The translations under genes were made by a program, and so were the position numbers. A model generated the notes under the pieces. That model was not told the origin of the DNA, did no database searches, and saw only the letters and a list, made by a program, of their open reading frames with translations. A DNA stretch of 64,000 nucleotides from Eledone cirrhosa (lineage: Eukaryota): the NCBI GenBank assembly GCA_964016885.1, contig OZ024750.1, positions 26,412,001-26,476,000 of the forward strand. Direction: 5' to 3'. Below are positions 25,247-37,949 of the stretch, one piece after another (the first letter of the stretch is position 1; each line of letters opens with the position of its first letter).

Positions 25247-25822
25247 GTAGTTTCAGATGTTAAAGTCCTTTAATGATAATGTTGTGATACATCTTTCAAT
25301 GACGACAGTGGCCACACGCTTCCGTGTACCCAGTGCCATGACATCATCAGACAGCTTCTTACATAATGAGGTTATGTTCCCGAGGCAATCCAAATTGAAT
25401 CGACAAGGGAACGGACAAAGCCACTGTTCTTGAATCCTTCCCCCGATCCCTTGTGTGTCCCAATTTACCCCCACCGGTGTGCGCAGGCACAAGTCCGAAG
25501 GAAGTTGACCATCCACCACCCGAAAACTCTACGAAATTCACCTAGGCAGGTCCCCTCACACCCCAGCCATGTCTGTAATATGACATGGTTATAGTTTACT
25601 GCTAGTCGCCCTGCCAGTGGAAGTTGACCGACACCTAGTGGTAGTGGTAGAGTATGAGTTTCAAATAGGCCCCGATACTACCCCTAAATTATGCTTGGAC
25701 AATAGAACTGACCATCACCGGCTAAGAGAATATAAACTTAACTTTAGATATGATTTCACAGTGGAAATTATGATTGAAAATTAGAAATTAAAAATTCACA
25801 AGCTAAAATCTTGATTGAAGTA
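25247..25822 (-). mobile_element. ~570-bp HHR-bearing repeat (pLTR/retrozyme-like), HHR at 25281-25355
   Basis: Reverse-complement homolog of 47550-48172 and 53067-53690; GCTGT-CTGATGA...GAAA-GATGTA-TC-ACAAC. Confidence 0.8.
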
Positions 25823-25895
<73 letters not shown>

Positions 25896-26149
25896 CACAC
25901 ACACACACACACAGATATATATATATATATATAATAAATAGGGAGATGTTTAAATTATAGTAAGAAGTTTTGAAAGGGGATCAATATTACAGATATACTT
26001 TCCATTTATTGAACGTACAGTAGACCGGAGTGTAAATTACAGTATGAAACGTAGTAATTAGGCAAACAATTAGTTAATATCTTCTTCTATCATATGAATC
26101 AAAACAAAACAAAAAGTTCTTCATCCTCAGTGTATACTGATTAATGTTC

Positions 26150-26585
26150 ACAGCGATACTTAGCATTCTCGTGTAGCCCCATCCACGTCTGAGTAAGTTT
26201 CTTGGTCAGTGTCCCAGTCTCAGACCCATTCAGTAGCACAGAATCCACTACAGCAACGAAAAGACGGATCTTCAGCTCTTCACGAAGGTCTGACTTCCAG
26301 ACCGAGCTAAAACTGTGGCACGCCGCCCAGGCTTTGCTCTTCCACTCTACCACATCATCTTCTGTATTCCTAATTTGCTCCCAGATACAAGAAGTCCTCA
26401 ATCAATTCTAGTGGCTTCCCCCCTACATTAGTAATCTTCTCTGGCTTCTTAATATTCTCTACCATATACTTCATCTTAATCTCATTCATTCAAAGCCTCA
26501 TACTCATCGACAAAGTCTCCACCTCCTGCATCAAATCCTATGCCTCCTTCACTGTGTTTGTCACCGGAACTATGTCATCGACAAA
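26150..26585 (-). mobile_element. RTE-like LINE fragment
   Basis: AWAACH....VWKS.L....KIRLF.A.V.SVLL.GSET.TLTK motif. Confidence 0.75.
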
Positions 26586-26719
26586 TTAGTTATATAGATT
26601 TCTAGCCAGTATAGAGAAGGTTAATGTGCTCAATGCATATAGGTTGTTAGACTAGCGAACCATGTGATTAAATGTAATGAGAGATAGCTTAACAATCGTA
26701 TATTAAGCAGAGGCAAAAC

Positions 26720-27100
26720 CGTTTTTAAAATGCTGGAGAGAATAACAAAGATTTATGAATACATGTATATATTTAATGGCTGACAAGTATGGCAGTGAAA
26801 AAAACTTTATAACAGCCATTTTGTGTGGCTGCTATACGTCCTTTCACCTCCAACCTTTTAATATCAATATTCCACATTTCGGTGATATAATTTAATTTAT
26901 GAATTAATATGTTATGGAGAATTTTTTTTTGTAGGCTCTGATGATAATAGTAATTTTTAATGGAGTAATATCGATTTATATTCGATATCCCAACATGTAT
27001 GTCCATCCTTACTGTGCAATATTCGAAAAAACTTGTCAGCCATTAAATATATACATATATTTATAAATCTTTGTTTTTCTCTCCAGCATTTTCAATACGA
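26720..27100. mobile_element. Fold-back repeat (arms ~26720-26788 / 27031-27099) with HHR-like motif at 26934-27041 (+)
   Basis: Inverted arms visible; GGCT-CTGATGA...GAAA-AAACTT-GTC-AGCC. Confidence 0.65.
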
Positions 27101-27590
27101 TATATATATATATGTATATATCTATATATATATTTCGTTTCTGAATTTGTTTAGCAAGATTCTTTATCTGAAATCGTGTGTTGAAACCGATATTGTTATA
27201 CTTTGGGAGGGTCATGTTGCCAATAAGAAACACACGCACCAGTTGCTTTCACTTCAATTTATTATAATAAATTTATAATAAATTTATAAATTTATAAATT
27301 TCTGGTTGGTTGGTTGGTTCCACAACCAGATAGTTGTTTATATATAGACATATTTCTTTCGTCACACACTCTGTGACCTCTCCAGTGACTGGGGATTCCT
27401 TTCTTTGTTTCTGTGCCTCTCCTTTGTTCTGTCCTACGACATTTTGTTTCTGTGTGTGTGTTGTGTGCTCAGTCTGCGCATGCGCCACATCCGGGTGTCT
27501 GTGTGTGTTTATGTTCATTTATTTATTTGTTTATTTACATGTTACTGGTTGGTTGTTTGTTCTATGTGTGTGTGTGTTTTCATTTTGTCC

Positions 27591-28043
27591 TTAATTGTAA
27601 GTATATTTTGGTTGTAATTCTTTTATGTTTATTGCCTCTGTAATTTGTCTAAACATTGCGTCTTTTCTGTGTGTAGATTCTATTTTTATTTCTATGTTCT
27701 CTAATTTACCCTTGTGTTCTATTTTAGCATGTTGGTAGAGTACAGATGATTCTTTATTATCGTGAAGGTCTCGCCAGTGCTCATTTATCCGTTCCCCTAC
27801 ACTACGGGCTGTCTCACCTATGTACACTATATTTTTGTCTCTACATTGTCCTTCAGTACATCTTATGCTATACACTACATTTCTAGTTTTACAGTTAATA
27901 TGGGGGCTTATTTTACAAATTATACATTTCTTATCTATACATGAGGGTCTTTGAAAAGGGTATGTCTTGCTAATAAGTGTTTTTACGGAGGTACCTGGTC
28001 TTTCTACTATCTTAATATTGAGTTTATGTTTATTTAGGGCCAT
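27591..28043 (-). pseudogene. PLE GIY-YIG endonuclease domain
   Basis: C..KC..C linker, NVVYSIRC..C..YIGETARS..ER..EH, R.I.EA..I; C-terminal LN motif deleted relative to sister copies. Confidence 0.92.
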
Positions 28044-28044
28044 T

Positions 28045-30255
28045 CTAAATTTGTAAGCTAATTACACCTCTAGGGCTTGTATCGATGAACATTACACTCT
28101 GGTATTTATTGCTATCATACCATGAGTTTATTCTATTAGCCTTCTTCCTAGTTCTTTTTATTCTATTCCAAAATTTGCTCCTATACAAGGGGCAGGTCCC
28201 ATTTATGTCATTAATTGCCATTTTTTCCCATTTGGTTCTGGCTCCTCTATACACTCTGATTTTATCTCTCTGATTGTAGCCAGAGAACTGCATACGTTGG
28301 ATGAAGTGTTGTATATGTCTCTCTAGTTCTTCGGGGTTGCACATGCGGGACACATTTCTCATCACCCGTACCAAATCCGCAATCAGTATGTTGATATTGG
28401 TATGGTACGAAACGGCCGAGTTTCGGTGGATCAGCTGTTTGGAAGTCATGGGTTTGGCATAATGGGAATGGAGGATTTGTTTTTTGTTGTTAATGGTATC
28501 TAACCAGAGCTCTGTGTCTAGTACAGGTAATTGATGGTTGGGGTGTTTACTTGGGTAGTCTATAGTAACTCTAATGCTCTGGTGGATGGAGTTTGCTATT
28601 TTCTGGATGCTTTCCATTGTGTTTTTCTCTAGTTCCAGACTGTTCTCTAGTGGGGGTGTCTTAACTACGATGTTTATATCATCTACGTAGCGGGAGTACA
28701 TTATCAGGGTTAAGGGGTCTTCTAATTGTTCTTTAAGTTTAAGTTTAAGTCTACTGTCCCACCTTACCATGAATAAGTTAGCTATGTCGCCTGCAATGCT
28801 AACACCAATGGCTGCTCCTTCCTCTTGGGCATATGTTTTTCCATTAAATTTGAACATATGTTCCTTAAGGGTTAGTTTTATGCTGGCCCCTACCGCATGT
28901 GCAATCATTTTCTTCAGTTCATCGTGGTTTTCGGGTGTCCGTATGGCTCTGGTCCACCCGTTCCATCTATCTGTGTGGGTTTTCTTGGCCATTGAGGTAA
29001 TGGTAGGTGGTCTGCCTCTTGCTGGTCTTGTAGGGCACAGGTTGCTAAGGTCATATGTGTCTAGGTAATTATTACTATAGGTAAGCCTAAGTAGGAGTCC
29101 CAGCTCACTGGTATCAATCCCACGGAACTCAACCTTGCTCTCACTGATCATTTCTACGCATTTCTCCACAGCAAAATTCACGTCAATAGATGGATACAGG
29201 GACACAACATCCATACTGCCTATTATGCAGTTTGTTAGGTCCCCAGATTGGTTACTCACGCCGATTCTGCTGAGGAGGTCCTCCGTGCTGTCAAATACAT
29301 CTGGGGACATTTCAATGATGGGGCGTATGATCAGGGAGAGGAAGTAGGACAGTCTGTAGTTAGTAGCAATGTTAGCTCCACAGACTGGCCGTGTTGGTGG
29401 TCCCGCGACAGGGTCCCAGCCCGTTTTATGGTCTTTTCGAAGCCCATACAACGCCGGCACGTCATTGTTCCATGCCTTGAAGTTGTTAGCAGTCCTTTTG
29501 TTGGGCTGCATTATATTCGTCCACATCACCATATGGGCATTGAGGGCTTTTTCTCTATCCTCATGCTCCTGTGGTGTTACCTCTCTTGTGTTAGTGATGT
29601 GGGGTTGCATTTCCTGGATGTAGTTTGGCAGGCTGTCAACCGACATTCTGCCAGACTTGTCTGTTGGAAAGCATGATATCTCTCCATTACGTGAGCGCTG
29701 CATGAGCTTACGCAAGCCATTTGCAGATTTTTCTCCCAGTTGCTGGGCCTCCATTCTATTATGCTTCTTGCTATACTGTTCTATAATATTTCTAAGTTCG
29801 GATCTAGCTATACTAAATTGTGCTTCTGTTTGTTCATCGACCTGCGACGGCAATTGCGTGCGTTTGTTAAATGGTAAAGTCGTGGCGTGTACTCGTCGCA
29901 GGTCGAATGATTTATCGGAGGGATTATAAAACGTAGAGTTCCAGGCTGCTGCTTTATGTGTACTAGTGCTATTGTTATTGTTAGTTGTGTTGTTTCTATT
30001 TCTATTTCCACCAACAGCCTCATGGTTGTTTCTATGTCTCTCACAATTACTCCTGTCTCTTTCCACTGGCTCATTGTTGTTATCTACCTTATTTTGTGTG
30101 TCTGTGTGTTCGTTCTGGTTATTTTCTTTGTCCTTAGTCTCCCTTCTCTTTTTAATCCTATTACTTTCCCTTATTTCTGTGAATTCTGTGCTACTGTCAT
30201 TACTTGCTTTCTGTGTCTGTGTGTTTGTTAAGATTGTGGTGGTGGTGAGAGGCAT
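28045..30255 (-). pseudogene. PLE reverse transcriptase region
   Basis: PTDKSG, LYGLRKDHK, RPV, SMDVVSLYPSI, Q..G.AIG..A.LFM, RYVDD, LPVLD, GY thumb. Confidence 0.95.
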
Positions 30256-31268
30256 TGAATGTGTGTGTGTTGTTGTTGTTGATGTGTGTTGTTGTTGTCT
30301 CCGTGTGTGTTATTGTTGTTGTGTGTGTTGTTATTGTTGTTTGTGTCTGCGTGTCTGTTGTTGTTGTTTCTGGGTATGTTGTTATTGTTGTTGTTGTTGG
30401 TGTGTGTGTTGTTGTTATTGTTGTTTGTGTCTGTGTGTCTGTTGTTGTTGGGATGTGTGTTGTATATGTGTGTGCGTATATTGTTGCTTTTGTTTTTGTT
30501 TTTGTTTTTGAGGCTCCAGCGTAGTTTTGTAAATGATTTTTCTATTTCTGACAGACAACTAATCATATTTACCTTCTTGAATGTCACAAATTTCGGGGGT
30601 AAACATGCCACAGACATCTCATTGTCATCTATTCTTGTGTTACCGTATATATTTGTGTTGTTGTTGTTGTTGAACTCTTCTGTTAATGAGGTGTCGGCCA
30701 TATTTATACCGTCAATTTTGTCGGGATATCTATTGGTATTCTCTATAGTATCCTGATTTAGCTTTATCTGCTTAAGCCACTTTAATTTCTTGTTAAAGTG
30801 CTTATCACATTCTTGAGTAATGTACTGTTCTTCAGGGCGTATAAGGCTTATAAATATTAGTTTCTCTCTTGGTGTGGTGATCCTTGCTATTTCTTGTATT
30901 AGGTTACGCTTATGTTTTTCTTGATGACTTAATTCTCTATAGATCTTCTTTTTTATGTCTAGAATTAATGTTCGTTTTAGCCTATCTGCTTGTTTTTTGG
31001 TGAGTTGTAATCTTCTAACGTCGGTGATGATGGGGTTGGTGTAAACTCGGGATGAGGCACATTCTTTTATGAAGTGTAGTTGTCGAGATGTTATAGTTTT
31101 TCGTAGACAACAGAACATGGTGGTTTTCAGTATCTTGTTAGCCTGGCTAAGGCTTACGATATTTCGTTTCTGAATTTGTTTAGCAAGATTCTTTATCTGA
31201 AATCGTGTGTTGAAACCGATATTGTTATACTTTGGGAGAGTCATGTTGCCAATAAGAAACACACGCAC
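30228..31268 (-). pseudogene. PLE N-terminal domain with Asn/His/Thr-rich microsatellite-like linker
   Basis: Starts inside the pLTR; L.PKF motif; (CAA)/(CA)-rich tract 30240-30510 contains the frameshift. Confidence 0.85.
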
Positions 31269-31374
31269 CAGTTGCTTTCACTTCAATTTATTATAATAAA
31301 TTTATAATAAATTTATAAATTTATAAATTTCTGGTTGGTTGGTTGGTTCCACAACCAGATAGTTGTTTATATAT

Positions 31375-31419
31375 AGTCATAGTTCTTTCGTCACACACTC
31401 TGTGACCTCTTCAGTGACT
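31375..31419 (-). ncRNA. Minimal type-I hammerhead ribozyme in 5' pLTR
   Basis: AGTCA-CTGAAGA-G-GTCACA..TGTGAC-GAAA-GAAC-TA-TGACT; stems I and II pair perfectly. Confidence 0.85.
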
Positions 31420-31452
31420 GGGGATTCCTTTCTTTGTTTCTGTGCCTCTCCT

Positions 31453-32204
31453 AGTATAGACAAGAAATGTATAACCTGTAAAATAAGCCGCCATATTAAC
31501 TGTAAAACTAGAAATGTAGTGTATAGCATAAGATGTACTGAAGGACAATATAGTGTACATAGGTGAGACAGCCCGTAGTGTAGGGGAACGGATAAATGAA
31601 CACTGGCGAGACCTTCAAGATAATAAAGAATCATCTGTACTCTACCAACATGCTAAAATAGAACACAAGGGTAAATTAGAGAACATAGAAATAAAAATAG
31701 AATCTACACACAGAAAAGACGCAATGTTTAGACAAATTACAGTGGCAATAAACATCAAAAAATTACAACCAAAGTTAAATAGAAAATATGAGTGGAACAG
31801 CAACATCACAACTTACAATTAAGGACAAAATGAAAACACACACACAGAACAAACAACCAACCAGTAACATGTAAATAAACAAATAAATAAATGAACATAA
31901 ACACACACAGACACCCGGATGTGGCGCATGCGCAGACTGAGCACACAGCACACACACAGAAACAAAATGGCGTAGGACAGGAGAGGCACAGAAACAAAGA
32001 AAGGAATCCCCAGTCACTGAAGAGGTCACAGAGTGTGTGACGAAAGAACTATGACTATATATAAACAACTATCTGGTTGTGGAACCAACCAACCAACCAG
32101 AAATTTATAAATTTATAAATTCATTATAAATTTATTATAATAAATTGAAGTGAAAGCAACTGGTGCGTGTGTTTCTTATTGGCAACATGACCCTCCCAAA
32201 GTAT

Positions 32205-32210
<6 letters not shown>
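31453..32210 (+). mobile_element. Inverted 3' segment (GIY-YIG part plus pLTR) of the same Penelope-like family
   Basis: Reverse complement of ~27190-27945; ends in (TA)n; inversion typical of PLE insertions. Confidence 0.93.
32012..32056 (+). ncRNA. Minimal type-I hammerhead ribozyme in pLTR
   Basis: Same sequence as 31375-31419 on the opposite strand; intact core. Confidence 0.85.
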
Positions 32211-32252
<42 letters not shown>

Positions 32253-32429
32253 CTGTGTGTGTGTGTGTGTGTGTATATATAAAGTTACAGTATCGTGAGA
32301 GAGGATAGAGAGATGAGGTAAAAGAGAAACGATACAGAGGATTATTTGCCAAAATGTGCTCGATGCTTATATAAACAGGGTTAAACATTAGAGGCGTTAA
32401 TATTTAGTGTACGAAGTTAAGCAGAGCAA

Positions 32430-33408
32430 TTATAATCGAAATAATTGATGAAAGAGAAGCAAGCCGTTAAAACACATTTATAAAATCTCTTACATATGTT
32501 TCGCCTAATGAGGCTCGTCTGAGGCGGTTAAATAGGCTAAGAAATTAATAATGAATCCTGTAAGGTTACAAGCAAAATTTTAATATCGAAATCCATTACT
32601 TTGTGTAAACAAAATGGAGTCAAGATCTTTGTTACTAAGGGAAGTATTTCCGGTGCATGATAAAGTTATCTCTTTGATCAATGACCGCTATTAAACAATT
32701 AATTTAATTATGTTAATTTAATTATGGTTTGTCAAGTCAATTTAATGAGACACTGTTAAGGTATGAGTCTTAGAATCAATTATGGGTAAGGAAATTAAAG
32801 ACTTTACACTAGTTTATTAGTACATAGCTGCAATATCAATGTAGGCTTAAGAGTCTAGAAATGTAAAGACATATAAGATGGATTCAGTATAATTATATGA
32901 TCATATGTCTACAGTGTTTAAAGGGTATAATCAACAGTTCTGTAATATTACCCAAAGTTTAATCTATCAGTGTGGAAGAATACAAAAGGGTAATCTCCTC
33001 AGAAAATATGCAGTGAAGCTCCCTGGAGGGACGACGGGGGTTGGATGATGGTATTGTTCAAAGATGTTTAATTTTATGTCTACCATTTTAGGTTGAGCCA
33101 GGGCACAGTGTTGGAGGCCCCGGGTGTTATGGTGTTTGAGTATTAGCCGTGATCCATCTATAGAAGGACTGTTGTAGTCTATGGCCACAATTGATGACAG
33201 TTTCGGCTTGACTATTAATGAGGTGCTTGTAACACGAAGTAATGCATTTCGATGTTAAAATTTTGGTTGTACCCTTACAGGATTCATTATTAATTTCTTT
33301 GTCTATCTAACCGCCTCAGACGAGCGCCATTGGGCGAAACATATGTAAAAGATTTTTATAAATGTGTTTTAACGGGTTGCTACTCTTTCATCAATTTTTT
33401 CGATTATA
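32430..33408. mobile_element. Fold-back PLE-like remnant (arms ~32430-32612 / 33225-33408) with variant HHR in each arm
   Basis: Inverted arms; both read CAGACGA-GC...GC-GAAAC-ATAT-GTA; right arm runs into (TA)n. Confidence 0.75.
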
Positions 33409-33468
33409 TAAATATATATGTATATATATACATATATATATATACATACATATATATATATACATACA

Positions 33469-33612
<144 letters not shown>

Positions 33613-33807
33613 AAAGAATAGAGGTGTAACACACGAGTTGTGATATATTAGTAAAAGGAAAAGAAAATGCTGACAAATTTTTCTCAGTGAAAAATAGTTT
33701 AATCAGGAATAAGGAAAAATTAGTAATAAGTGTTGGTTAGTATTCAGTTTTAGATTCAAATTTTTACCGGTTGCGCATTTCTAATCACGAGCTATCTATC
33801 TCAAAAT

Positions 33808-33894
<87 letters not shown>

Positions 33895-33989
33895 AGGTGT
33901 ATATCAGCAAGGTAAACATACGGAAAATATAAATAAACTGAAACAATTGGATACAACTTTGTCAACGCTGATGAAACCAATAACATATA

Positions 33990-34555
33990 CAACATGGATA
34001 AAGTAGAACCACCGAAATCATAAACAGCGAGTTAAGTAAGATATATAAAGAGAGACTTTAAAGTGAAATATGGATAGGGCAATGGAAGAGATGAATTAGA
34101 TAGCAACCAGACGCAATCTAGAAATTCAATTGAACACTATCAACCGATAGAAACGCAGATAATACTGAAGGATCACAAACCGAATTACAACATTGACGTC
34201 ACAGTCAGATATATTGTGTAATTCAGGACGGTCATTGAAGTAATAAGTAAAATTCTAATTAGTGTCTTTGCCAATGAAGACACTAAGGACGGGAAAAAAT
34301 TGTTCGTACAGTTTCTATATTACAATGGGTTCCAGTGACTCAGAGCAGGTGACCGATCACGTGAGATATGTGAATAAGTGTTTTCTGGGTCTCAGCGGAG
34401 GATTATATCACGATGATGCCCTATGTATCCCACACAAACATAAAAAGACCGATTAGAGCGGATGAAGAAGTAAATATCTTAAGTTTTCAAGAACATAAGA
34501 CTAGAAATCGCCATCTATAGTAAACATTAAAAAGATCTACCAATTCTTCGACATT
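33990..34555 (+). mobile_element. Degenerate Penelope-like RT fragment
   Basis: LKDHKPNY...VR.I, ISKIL, F.ITMGS.DS, GLYHDDAL motifs. Confidence 0.7.
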
Positions 34556-34564
34556 CATCATATA

Positions 34565-35086
34565 TATTTATATATGCATGCCACTGTACGTCTGTATACA
34601 TATATGTATGTACGTATACATACATACTTACATTTAAGTAAGTGCCGTACTAAGTGTGAGAAATGAAATTTCGTTTTCATTTTATTTCAACTTATCGTTT
34701 TCGGTATGCCTGACCGATTTAACTCACTCGATATGCAAATTAGGCTGCTCAGCCGTTAATTTTCATAAGGAAAGTATATACTTTCGAACGTTCAACTATC
34801 TGGCAGAAGGGTATACGGTGGTGATGATAGCTAACAAGCTTGAAACTAGTACATCGTTCCTGTGTCAGTGTTGGACAAAAAGGTGACGTGGTTGCCTTAA
34901 CACCGTATGGCATAAATTCAGGCTGTTCAGTTTGTTTACAAACGAACAAAGCGGCGTTATAATAAACGTCCGCTAAACTGATACGTGCATATATGTATGT
35001 GTACCTGTATGTATATATATATATATATATGCATGCCACGGTACGTCTGTATACATATATGTATGTACGTATACATACATACTTAC

Positions 35087-35090
<4 letters not shown>
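34565..35090 (+). repeat. Unclassified interspersed repeat, also at ~48870-49330 and 46520-46657
   Basis: Shared blocks CTGTACGTCTGTATACATAT, GTACTAAGAGTGAGAAATGAAATTTC, GAAACTAGT.CATCGTTCCT.TGTCAGTGTTG. Confidence 0.7.
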
Positions 35091-35378
<288 letters not shown>

Positions 35379-36887
35379 TGAATACATTCGGAGAGTAAGG
35401 AGCGTATTGAAGTCACATCTGAACAGCAGAATGCCATAAGCGCAGTAAATTCCCGAGCTGTGTCTATTATTAGGTACAGTGCGGGAATTCTGAGATGGAA
35501 TGTTGCTGAACAAAAAGAAATGGATAGGAAGACTAGGAAGCTATTGACTATCTACAACATGTTCCACAAGAGGAGTGATGTCGATAGACTCTACCTAAGG
35601 AGATCTGAGGGTGGAAGAGGTCTTATCAGCATAGAGGACTGTGTTCAGATGGAGAAAAACAACCTATACAAATACGTGACCTATAGTAAGGAGCCAATGC
35701 TCAGAACTGTACTGAAGGAGGGAACAGTAGGCCAGGGGATGTCCAAGGAGGAAATAACATCAAGGAGGAAGAGCAGCCTTAAGGGAAAATCCCTTCATAG
35801 TACCTTCTTTGAGAAAACTGAATTTAGAGATCCACAGACATGGAACTGGTTGAGAAGAGGAGACCTCAAAAAGGCTACAGAAGGAATGCTAATGGCTGCG
35901 CAGGAGCAGGCCCTCAAAACGAAGTGGTTGAAGCACCATATCTACAAGGAGGAGGCTAGCCCACTGTGCAGGATCTGTGGAGAGAGAGAGGAGACTGTGG
36001 CTCACATTGTGTCCGAGTGTAAACACCTAGCCCAGACCCACTATAAGGGCTGGAGACACGATGTGATGGGCAGGGTGATCCACTGGCACCTGTGCAAAGT
36101 AAACAATCTACCACATTCTGAGAAATGGTATGAGCATAGGCCAGAGGCGGTGATGGAGAACAGTCAGGTGAAGGTGCTGTGGGATTTTAGGATACAGACG
36201 GACAAAAAACTGGAACACAATAGACCTGACCTGGTGGTTGTGGACAAAGAAAAAAGATCGTGCCTGATTGTGGATGTGGCCTGCCCGTTCGACACGATAG
36301 TGCAAGAGAAGGAGAGGGAGAAAATTAACCGATACCAGGACCTAAAGTGGGAGGTGAAAAGGATTTGGAACTGCCATGAAGTCAAAGTGATCCCGATTGT
36401 CATAGGCGCACTGGGGACTATCTCCAAAGGTTTCCAGGGATGGTTGAAGAAAATCGGCCCCTTCACGCTTTTTGGAACGCTTCAAAAGGCATGCTTGCTT
36501 GGAACAGCAAGAACCCTCCGATACGTCCTGAATATCTGAGGCTGCAGGTAGTGGCTTGATATTCAATCCAACGGACTTTCCAGTTAACCAACATCAATGA
36601 CTGAGATTCAAGGAATAATAATAATAATAATAATAACAATATGAAGTCAAAGTGATCCCGATTGTCATAGGCGCACTGGGGACTATCTCCAAAAGTTTCC
36701 AGGGATGGTTAAAGAAAGTCGGCCCCTTCACGCTTTTTGGAACGCTTCAAAAGGCATGCTTGCTTGGAACAGCAAGAACCCTCCGATACGTCCTGAATAT
36801 CTGAGGCTGCAGGTAGTGGCTTGATATTCAATCCAACGGACTTTCCAGTTAACCAACATCAATGACTGAGATTCAAGGAATAACAAC

Positions 36888-36923
<36 letters not shown>
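35379..36923 (+). mobile_element. 5'-truncated R4/Dong-like LINE in (TAA)n, followed by a second short 3'-end copy (36641-36878)
   Basis: (AAT)n on both sides and between the copies; intact C-terminal ORF. Confidence 0.93.
35460..36539 (+). CDS. R4/Dong-like ORF C-terminus: thumb, CCHC knuckle, restriction-like endonuclease (truncated transposon ORF)
   Basis: RLYL.R.EGGRGL, AAQEQ, CRIC..ETVAHIVSEC, RHD, HNRPDL..DVACP..EK..Y, P.VIGALG. Confidence 0.9.
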   Translation: MSIIRYSAGILRWNVAEQKEMDRKTRKLLTIYNMFHKRSDVDRLYLRRSEGGRGLISIEDCVQMEKNNLYKYVTYSKEPMLRTVLKEGTVGQGMSKEEITSRRKSSLKGKSLHSTFFEKTEFRDPQTWNWLRRGDLKKATEGMLMAAQEQALKTKWLKHHIYKEEASPLCRICGEREETVAHIVSECKHLAQTHYKGWRHDVMGRVIHWHLCKVNNLPHSEKWYEHRPEAVMENSQVKVLWDFRIQTDKKLEHNRPDLVVVDKEKRSCLIVDVACPFDTIVQEKEREKINRYQDLKWEVKRIWNCHEVKVIPIVIGALGTISKGFQGWLKKIGPFTLFGTLQKACLLGTARTLRYVLNI

Positions 36924-36925
<2 letters not shown>

Positions 36926-37949
36926 GAAGAAGAAGAAGAAGAAGAAGAATAAGGGAAGAAGACGCAGAATAAGGGAAGAAGACGCACGAGGTGGTAGAAG
37001 GTCATGAAATCGCTCCCGTAAGTTTTTGATTTTTAACATATTTAAATCAATTGTGAAATAACAATTCTTACTACAAATGTTGCATAAACCACCGAATCAG
37101 GTCCCATAAAGTTTCGGATCCATATTATATTGTTGTATCGCTCAAATATTCAATTTTGTATTATATATTTTGTATTCAAAAAAAGAAAATGGTTATAAAT
37201 GGGAAAAAAACACCATCTGTCTACACTATATAGAACAGCCAAATAACAGCAATTTCACCAACACCAGAAACTTGATACACCACCTATCCCATCACACTAA
37301 ATATAACAGCCAGATAACGGCAATTTCACCAGCATCATAATAATAATTACTATTATTATTGTCTCAAATTTTAAAAAATGTTTAATTCCAATTTTACGGG
37401 AATATGTCAACACAAAATATAATAAAAATATATATTAAACATACGAACACAAACTCATAGATACTACATATCAGTAACCACAACGCCACCGCTACCACCA
37501 CCCCACCCTATCCATCATTGCTACCACTATCCCATCGTCGCCGCCACCACTCCTTCAATGCTACCACCACTATTCCCCTGTTAACTTGAGAGAGAAAGGG
37601 GAAGGTGGCGGTATCACTAGACAAGGGAGAGGCTAGCAAAAGATATAAATAGATTGACTTAGTGACCTGGCCACCGGCCAAAAGTCAACATCAACAACTA
37701 TGGGACTGCTGGCTCACCCCTTCCTCACCAACAATATAAAAAGCCCCGGCACCACCACCGACATAGCCAACAACAATAACAGCCAACTACAACAAAAAGT
37801 ATATTATATTATTGTAATGCACTGGGTGATTGCTGGCCTTGTGCCTGGAGTGGAGACAATTATTAATAATTTCATTCTTAAGCCACGCAATGCTCACATT
37901 AAGGAACCACTCATGATAATAACAATTAAAAAAAACAACAAAAAGAAAA

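Larger units (their letters stand above)
27131..31452 (-). mobile_element. Near-full-length Penelope-like retroelement with flanking pLTRs
   Basis: Direct pLTR repeats 27131-27420 and 31160-31451; single polyprotein split by two frameshifts. Confidence 0.96.
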
